Source: an uncultured delta proteobacterium (GTDB taxonomy: Bacteria > Myxococcota > Kuafuiibacteriia > Kuafuiibacteriales > Kuafuiibacteriaceae). From it: 32,000 nt of DNA. The position numbers and the translations under genes were made by a program. Numbering within the stretch: position 1 is the stretch's first letter; each line of letters opens with the position of its first letter. The notes below the pieces were generated by a model. That model did no database searches, was not told the origin of the DNA, and saw nothing but the letters and a program-made list of their open reading frames with translations. Shown piece after piece: positions 24,832-32,000 of the stretch. The stretch is taken from NCBI GenBank assembly GCA_963803435.1, contig CAWDML010000012.1, forward strand, positions 1 to 32,000, in the 5' to 3' direction.

Positions 24832-26451
24832 GTGAAGATCGAGCTCGTCGCCACTCGCAAGAACGCTGACCCCAGCGAACGGGAGCTCTATGAGCTCGAC
24901 CTGATGTTGAAGATCCTCGGCTTCAAGCGCGCCTTCATGGATCTGGGGCTCCAGACCGTCGCGAGCGTGACGCCCGAGCACCATCAGATCCGCTTCACCG
25001 ACGAGTACCTCGGTCCGATCCGCTACGACACCGACGCCGACATCGTCGCGCTCTCCGGCAAGACGTCCTGCATCACTCGCACGTACCAGGTGGCGGACGA
25101 GCTGCGGCGGCGGGGCAAGCGGGTGGTGCTGGGCGGGATCCACGCGTCGCTTCGGCCGGACGAGGCGCTGCAGCACGCGGACATCGTGGTGGGCGGTGAG
25201 GCCGAGGAGATCTGGCCACTGGTCCTCGCCGATCTGGAGCGGAACAAGCCCCGCCAGCTCTATCAGGCGCCCGGATATCCGGACCTGGCGCGCATCCCTT
25301 CGGCGAGCTCCGCCTTCGTCGAGTCGAAGAAGTACTTCTACCGGCAGATCCAGACCACCCGCGGCTGTCCCTTCATGTGCCGCTTCTGCAGCGTGCCCGA
25401 CATCGCCGGCCAGACGTTCCGCTTCAAGCCGGTGGAGAACGTCGTGCGCGAGATCCTCGACATGCCGGTCGAGGGCGGCCCCATCGCGCGCGCGCGACCG
25501 CTCTACGTCGTCGACGACAACTTCATCAGCAAGCCCAAGTACACCAAAGACCTCCTCCGCGCGCTGATCCCGCTGCGGAAGCGCGGGCGGCTGCCCGACT
25601 GGTCCGCGGAGACCACGCTGAACGTCGCCAAGGACGAGGAGCTGCTCGATCTCCTGGGCAAGGCAGGTTGCACGGTCCTGATCATCGGCTTCGAGTCGGT
25701 CACCGAGGCCACGCTCCAGGACATGGACAAGAGCGTGAACTTTTGCCTGACCTACCAGGAGGCCACCGACCTGATCCGCGCCCGCGGGATCAAGGTGGTC
25801 GGCAACTTCATCGTGGGCTTCGACACCGACGACCTGCGCGTCTTCAAGGACACGCTCGACTTCATCGATCAGAACCGGATCATGTATCCGTTCTTCAGCA
25901 TCCTCACGCCGATGCCGGGGACGCGCCTGTTCGACGACTTCGCCGCCACCGGCCGCCTCGATCACCAGCGCTGGGAGCTCTACGACACCCGCCACGTGGT
26001 GTTCGAGCCCAAACAGATGACCCGCGAGCAGCTGATGGACGGCTACGTGTGGATCTACGAGCAGGCGTACGGCGCCGACGCCCTGCTGGAGCGGCTCGAG
26101 AGCTGGTGGAAGCTCCCCTCCAGCCACGCCGCGCCCATGTCGGAGCGGCTCTTCATCGCCGCCCGCGTCAAGGCGCTCACGAGCGAGCAGGACCTCCCGG
26201 ATCGCAAGCTGCTCGCCGAGGCGATCAAGATGTACCTCGATCGCCGGCTCGCCGCGGAGACCGGCTCGCTCCTGTACATGCTCGACGCCAACCACTTCGC
26301 GCGCTTCCTCCACCGCTTCAAGAGCAGGCACGCGGCGGACAACGACCGGATCTTCGCAAACCCCGAGCTGGCGCAGGCCGAGTCCGCGCGGCGGATGCAG
26401 TGGGACAAGGTCAACAAGAAGCGGGCGCGGCGCCTGGCGGTGGTCGTGTGA
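24832..26451 (+). CDS. B12-binding-domain radical SAM protein (class B, DUF4070-type C-terminus)
   Basis: The N-terminal cobalamin-binding-like region reads DIVALSGKTSCITRTYQVADELRRRGKRVVLGGIHAS. The radical SAM cluster motif is TTRGCPFMCRFCSV (CxxxCxxC). 539 aa; GTG start 46 nt after the IS target site. Confidence 0.85.
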   Translation: MKIELVATRKNADPSERELYELDLMLKILGFKRAFMDLGLQTVASVTPEHHQIRFTDEYLGPIRYDTDADIVALSGKTSCITRTYQVADELRRRGKRVVLGGIHASLRPDEALQHADIVVGGEAEEIWPLVLADLERNKPRQLYQAPGYPDLARIPSASSAFVESKKYFYRQIQTTRGCPFMCRFCSVPDIAGQTFRFKPVENVVREILDMPVEGGPIARARPLYVVDDNFISKPKYTKDLLRALIPLRKRGRLPDWSAETTLNVAKDEELLDLLGKAGCTVLIIGFESVTEATLQDMDKSVNFCLTYQEATDLIRARGIKVVGNFIVGFDTDDLRVFKDTLDFIDQNRIMYPFFSILTPMPGTRLFDDFAATGRLDHQRWELYDTRHVVFEPKQMTREQLMDGYVWIYEQAYGADALLERLESWWKLPSSHAAPMSERLFIAARVKALTSEQDLPDRKLLAEAIKMYLDRRLAAETGSLLYMLDANHFARFLHRFKSRHAADNDRIFANPELAQAESARRMQWDKVNKKRARRLAVVV

Positions 26452-26947
26452 GCGCGAGGCGCAGGCCCGAGAGCTCCACCACGCGTCCCTCGAACTCCGA
26501 CTCCATGTCGACGAAGCGCATCAGGTTCATGCCCTGACCGATCGGCGGCCAGGGGGGAGGGAGCGCGCGCCAGCCCTCGCCGCTGCGCATGTGCGATCGA
26601 TCCGACGCGAACACCTCGAGGAAACGATCGCCGTCGATCACGCGGAAGCGCGGCGCCAGGGCGTCCGGGAGCGGGATGGGAAAGGTGCCGGCGATCCAGT
26701 CGTCGATCGCGATCGGCGAGCCCAGCCGCGAGTCGAGATCGTAGACCAGCCCGCCGGCGCCGAGCACGACGTGATAGTCCCAGACGACCGGCAACCCCGC
26801 CGGCGCGGCGCGCTGCTGCCAGAGCGCGCAGGTCCGCTCGGCGTTGCTGATGAACACGACCGTGCGCGCTCGATCGCGCATGCGATCGGCCAGGTGCCAC
26901 ACGTTCTCTTCGCAGTAGAAAGCTTGGTAGAGCTCGGTCACTTGCAC
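26411..26947 (-). CDS. protein N-terminal glutamine amidohydrolase (NTAQ1/WDYHV1) homologue
   Basis: FYCEENVWHL, VVFISNAERTCALWQQRAAPAGLPVVWDYHVVL, VYDLDS, FRVIDGDRFLEVFASDRSHMRSGEGWRALPPPWPPI and MNLMRFVDME are collinear with human NTAQ1. The Cys-His-Asp triad positions are conserved. GTG start at 26947, or GTG at 26941 overlapping the FHA stop as GTGA. Confidence 0.85.
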   Translation of the reverse strand: MQVTELYQAFYCEENVWHLADRMRDRARTVVFISNAERTCALWQQRAAPAGLPVVWDYHVVLGAGGLVYDLDSRLGSPIAIDDWIAGTFPIPLPDALAPRFRVIDGDRFLEVFASDRSHMRSGEGWRALPPPWPPIGQGMNLMRFVDMESEFEGRVVELSGLRLALTRPPPGAAPASC

Positions 26948-27525
26948 TCGAAGAGGAGCGTCTCGTCCGAGATGGTGAAGGCGTCGCCGTGGTTGATCTT
27001 GGCGCGCGTCACCTTCTCCCCGTTGAACCAGACGCCGTTGGCCGATCCGAGGTCCTCGATGTAGAGCTCGCCGTCGACGCGCGAGATGCTCGCGTGCTGG
27101 CGCGAGACCTTCGCGGAGGGGATCACGACGTCGCAGGTCCGGCTACGCCCGATGATCATCGTGTCCTTGTCGATCGCGATGGCCTCGTTGTTCTGCAGCG
27201 TGACCGTCCAGCGCCTCGCCTCGACGGCGACGGCCGCATGAGCGACCGGAGCCGCCCGACCGCCTGCGCCGTTCGGCGGGGCCACCGACGGGGCCTGACG
27301 CGGGACGCCGGCGGTCCCCGTGCACGGCACCACCGGGAAGGCGGCGAGGGCGCCCTGAACGGCCTTGGCGTCGAGCTCGTTCTCGGCCAGGACCAGGTCG
27401 ACGCCCTGCTCGCACACGTGGCAGCGGATGGTGGTCGGACACTCGGAGACCGAGAGCTCCAGCCAGTTCATGGGGCAGCTCTGGTCGTTCGGGCAGTTTG
27501 TCATCCAGCCCAGGCACTCGCGCAC
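26938..27525 (-). CDS. FHA-domain protein with a Cys-rich N-terminal region
   Basis: C-terminal FHA: IIGRSRTCDVVIPSAKVSRQHASISRVDGELYIEDLGSANGVWFNGEKV. N-terminal CPNDQSCP...ECPTTIRCHVCEQG is a putative zinc motif. An Ala/Pro-rich linker joins them. Start is GTG 27525 or ATG 27504. Confidence 0.8.
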   Translation of the reverse strand: MRECLGWMTNCPNDQSCPMNWLELSVSECPTTIRCHVCEQGVDLVLAENELDAKAVQGALAAFPVVPCTGTAGVPRQAPSVAPPNGAGGRAAPVAHAAVAVEARRWTVTLQNNEAIAIDKDTMIIGRSRTCDVVIPSAKVSRQHASISRVDGELYIEDLGSANGVWFNGEKVTRAKINHGDAFTISDETLLFECK

Positions 27526-27538
27526 GGATAGAGAGATA

Positions 27539-27901
27539 TCATCTCCCCCGATAGGCGCAACGGGCGGTGCAGGTTTCCTGGACCGTGACCCGCGTGAGGC
27601 CAGGGAGCGCCGGCTCGAGGCGCTCCCAGATCCAGCGGGCGAGGTTCTCGCTGGTGGGGTTCTCCAATCCCTCGACCTCGTTGAGATAATGATGGTCGAG
27701 CCGCTCGAACAGGGGCCGAAACGCGAGCGTCAGATCCGCGAAGTCCACCACCCAGCCGGTGGTCGGGTCCACCTCGCCCTCGACCGCGATCTCGACCGAG
27801 AAGCTGTGGCCGTGCAGCCGTGCGCACTTGTGGCCCGCGGGGACGTTCGGGAGCCGGTGGGCGGCCTCGAAGGTGATCGTCTTCTGGATCTCGGCTCTCA
27901 C
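27539..27901 (-). CDS. queD: 6-carboxy-5,6,7,8-tetrahydropterin synthase
   Basis: [30 protein letters not shown]...GWVVDFADL...LDHHYLNEV is the canonical QueD/PTPS pattern. 120 aa. The GTG start overlaps the queC stop (GTGA). Confidence 0.9.
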   Translation of the reverse strand: MRAEIQKTITFEAAHRLPNVPAGHKCARLHGHSFSVEIAVEGEVDPTTGWVVDFADLTLAFRPLFERLDHHYLNEVEGLENPTSENLARWIWERLEPALPGLTRVTVQETCTARCAYRGR

Positions 27902-28590
27902 GACGCAGGACCCCGGTAGCGGGTCGGATCGGTGACGCCCGCCTCCTCGAAGCCGCGCCTCCTCAACAGACAGGAGTCGCAATGGCCGCACGCCAGTCCG
28001 TTCTCGGAAGGATCGTAGCACGAGTGCGTGAGCGCATAGTCGACGCCGAGCTCGAGGCCGCGGCGGATGATCTCGGACTTGGTCATCGACATGAGGGGCG
28101 CGTGGATCCGGAACGGTGCGCCCTGGATCGCGGCCTTGGTGGCGACGTTGGCGAGGCGCTCGAACGCCTCCACGAAAGCCGGCCGGCAATCGGGATAGCC
28201 GGAGTAGTCGAGCGCGTTCGCACCGAAGAAGAGGTCGGAGGCGCCGACGGTCTCGGCGAGGCCGAGCGCCAGGGAGAGAAAGATCGTGTTCCGCGCCGGG
28301 ACGTACGTGACCGGAATGCCGGCCGCTCCCAGTGCGTCCTTCGGGACCTCGAATGCGTCGTCCGTGAGCGCCGAGCCCCCGATGGCACGCAGATCGAGAC
28401 GCACCACGCGATGGTCGTGGACCCCGACCTGCCGCGCCACGCGCGCCGCGGCGGTCAGCTCCGAGCGGTGGCGTTGCCCGTAGTCGAACGTGAGGCCGAA
28501 AACGAGAAAGCCCGCCTCCCTGGCAAGGGCGGCCACCGTGGCCGAATCGAGCCCCCCGGAGAGGAGCACGACTGCGTGCTTCCCTTCCAT
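27898..28590 (-). CDS. queC: 7-cyano-7-deazaguanine synthase
   Basis: [47 protein letters not shown] and C-terminal [10 protein letters not shown] are canonical QueC motifs. ATG at 28590 chosen; the longer ORF runs antisense into tRNA-Leu. Confidence 0.9.
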   Translation of the reverse strand: MEGKHAVVLLSGGLDSATVAALAREAGFLVFGLTFDYGQRHRSELTAAARVARQVGVHDHRVVRLDLRAIGGSALTDDAFEVPKDALGAAGIPVTYVPARNTIFLSLALGLAETVGASDLFFGANALDYSGYPDCRPAFVEAFERLANVATKAAIQGAPFRIHAPLMSMTKSEIIRRGLELGVDYALTHSCYDPSENGLACGHCDSCLLRRRGFEEAGVTDPTRYRGPAS

Positions 28591-28633
28591 GCATTCTTCC
28601 TCTAACAGGATGGACCGTGCCTGTCGCCTGGAC

Positions 28634-28716
28634 GCGAGGATGGCGGAATTGGTAGACGCACTGGATTTAGGTTCCAGCGGGTAACACCCGTGCGGGTTCA
28701 AGTCCCGCTCTTCGCA
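28634..28716 (+). tRNA. tRNA-Leu (anticodon UAG), type II with long variable arm; CCA not encoded
   Basis: GCGAGGA-TG-GCG-GAATTGGTAGA-CGC-A-CTGGA-TTTAGGT-TCCAG-(CGGGTAACACCCGTG)-CGGGTTCAAGTCCCG-CTCTTCGC-A. The acceptor stem is 7 bp with one G-U. Confidence 0.9.
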
Positions 28717-28734
28717 TCGAGAGGATGTTTCTGA

Positions 28735-30153
<1,419 letters not shown>

Positions 30154-30217
30154 TCCCTGGGAACACCGGGCCCTTCTCTCGGGTTCTGTCAGCTAGTCTC
30201 TTCGAAAGGAGCGCATC

Positions 30218-30823
30218 TTGAGCTACCTCGTCCCCACCGTCATCGAGCAAACCCATCGCGGAGAGCGGGCCTACGACATCTGGTCCCGCCTGATGAAGGA
30301 TCGGATCGTCTTCCTCGGCACCGAGATCACCGACGACATCGCCAACGTCATCGTGGCGCAGCTGCTGTTCCTCGAGTCGGAGGATCCCGAGAAGGATGTG
30401 AACCTCTACATCAACAGCCCGGGCGGCAGTGTGTCTGCCGGCCTCGCGATCTATGACACCATGCAGTACGTGCGTTGCCCGATCACCACGATCTGCATCG
30501 GCCAGGCCGCCTCGATGGGGGCCGTCATTCTCGCCGCAGGTACCAAGGGACGGCGCAAGGCGCTGCCCCACTCGCGGATCATGATCCACCAACCGCTCGG
30601 CGGCGCGCGCGGTCAGGCCTCGGACATCGAGATCCAGGCGAAGGAAATCCTCAAGATGAAGCAGCTCTTGAGCAAGATCCTCGCGGACCACACCGGGAAA
30701 ACCATAGAGGGCGTCATTCGCGACTCCGATCGGGACAACTACATGTCCGCGATTCAGGCGAAGGAATACGGTCTCATCGACGACGTCGTGATCAGCAAGA
30801 AGGGCGAAAAGAACGAGGCGTAG
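30218..30823 (+). CDS. clpP: ATP-dependent Clp protease proteolytic subunit
   Basis: [59 protein letters not shown] and MIHQP, with the Ser-His-Asp context. TTG start preceded by AAAGGAG. Confidence 0.95.
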   Translation: MSYLVPTVIEQTHRGERAYDIWSRLMKDRIVFLGTEITDDIANVIVAQLLFLESEDPEKDVNLYINSPGGSVSAGLAIYDTMQYVRCPITTICIGQAASMGAVILAAGTKGRRKALPHSRIMIHQPLGGARGQASDIEIQAKEILKMKQLLSKILADHTGKTIEGVIRDSDRDNYMSAIQAKEYGLIDDVVISKKGEKNEA

Positions 30824-30844
30824 GAGTTAAGCGGCGTTCGGAGG

Positions 30845-30869
30845 ATCGGCCATTGAAACACGGGCCGAT
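30845..30869 (+). terminator. intergenic hairpin ATCGGCC-(11 nt)-GGCCGAT followed by TTTCGGG between clpP and clpX (weak attenuator or terminator candidate)
   Basis: 7-bp perfect stem read directly, with only a short T-run. Function not established. Confidence 0.2.
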
Positions 30870-30892
30870 TTCGGGCGTCATGGAATGGGTCG

Positions 30893-32000
<1,108 letters not shown>

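Noticed and set aside
24769-26331. 520-aa minus-strand ORF
   Set aside because: Antisense to the radical SAM gene. Low-complexity Leu/Arg/Gly/Glu/Val translation with no motifs.
27539-28594. 351-aa minus-strand ORF
   Set aside because: Only the last 120 codons (queD) are in a meaningful frame. The upstream part is an out-of-frame overlap of queC.

Overview
GC-rich bacterial chromosome segment (about two-thirds G+C by eye, not computed). The protein repertoire (TIGR02996-type domain, many Cys-rich lipoproteins, FHA) suggests Myxococcota-like; this is inference. The right end (26.4-32 kb) is intact housekeeping DNA. It holds a tightly packed minus-strand run queC-queD-FHA-NTAQ1-like, then tRNA-Leu(UAG), then tig-clpP-clpX. 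The middle (20.8-26.5 kb) holds tRNA-Sec (selC), ASCH, YceI/TetR, a decayed IS1182-like element with long inverted repeats, and a B12-type radical SAM gene. The left two-thirds (0-20.8 kb) is accessory DNA with IS debris (IstB end, ISKra4-like fragment), a hipBA toxin-antitoxin pair and many eroded genes. The eroded genes are GFA, Zn-ADH, BPL_N-like, rhomboid, P450, TIGR02996/LRR, AlkZ-like and a selC-proximal unknown. The items most worth a second look: (1) a 76-nt initiator-tRNA-like gene with a non-canonical anticodon loop, followed after 5 nt by a PTH2 (peptidyl-tRNA hydrolase 2)-like ORF and two coupled ORFs. (2) About 3.8 kb downstream, a tRNA 3' fragment lies 6 nt upstream of a tRNA 5' fragment (CAU anticodon), and their acceptor strands are mutually complementary, a permuted arrangement. 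(3) A 4.5-copy 123-bp tandem array ends 22 bp from selC. (4) A clear homologue of eukaryotic N-terminal glutamine amidase (NTAQ1) is translationally coupled to an FHA protein behind queCD. All family assignments come from motif recognition by eye; no searches were run.
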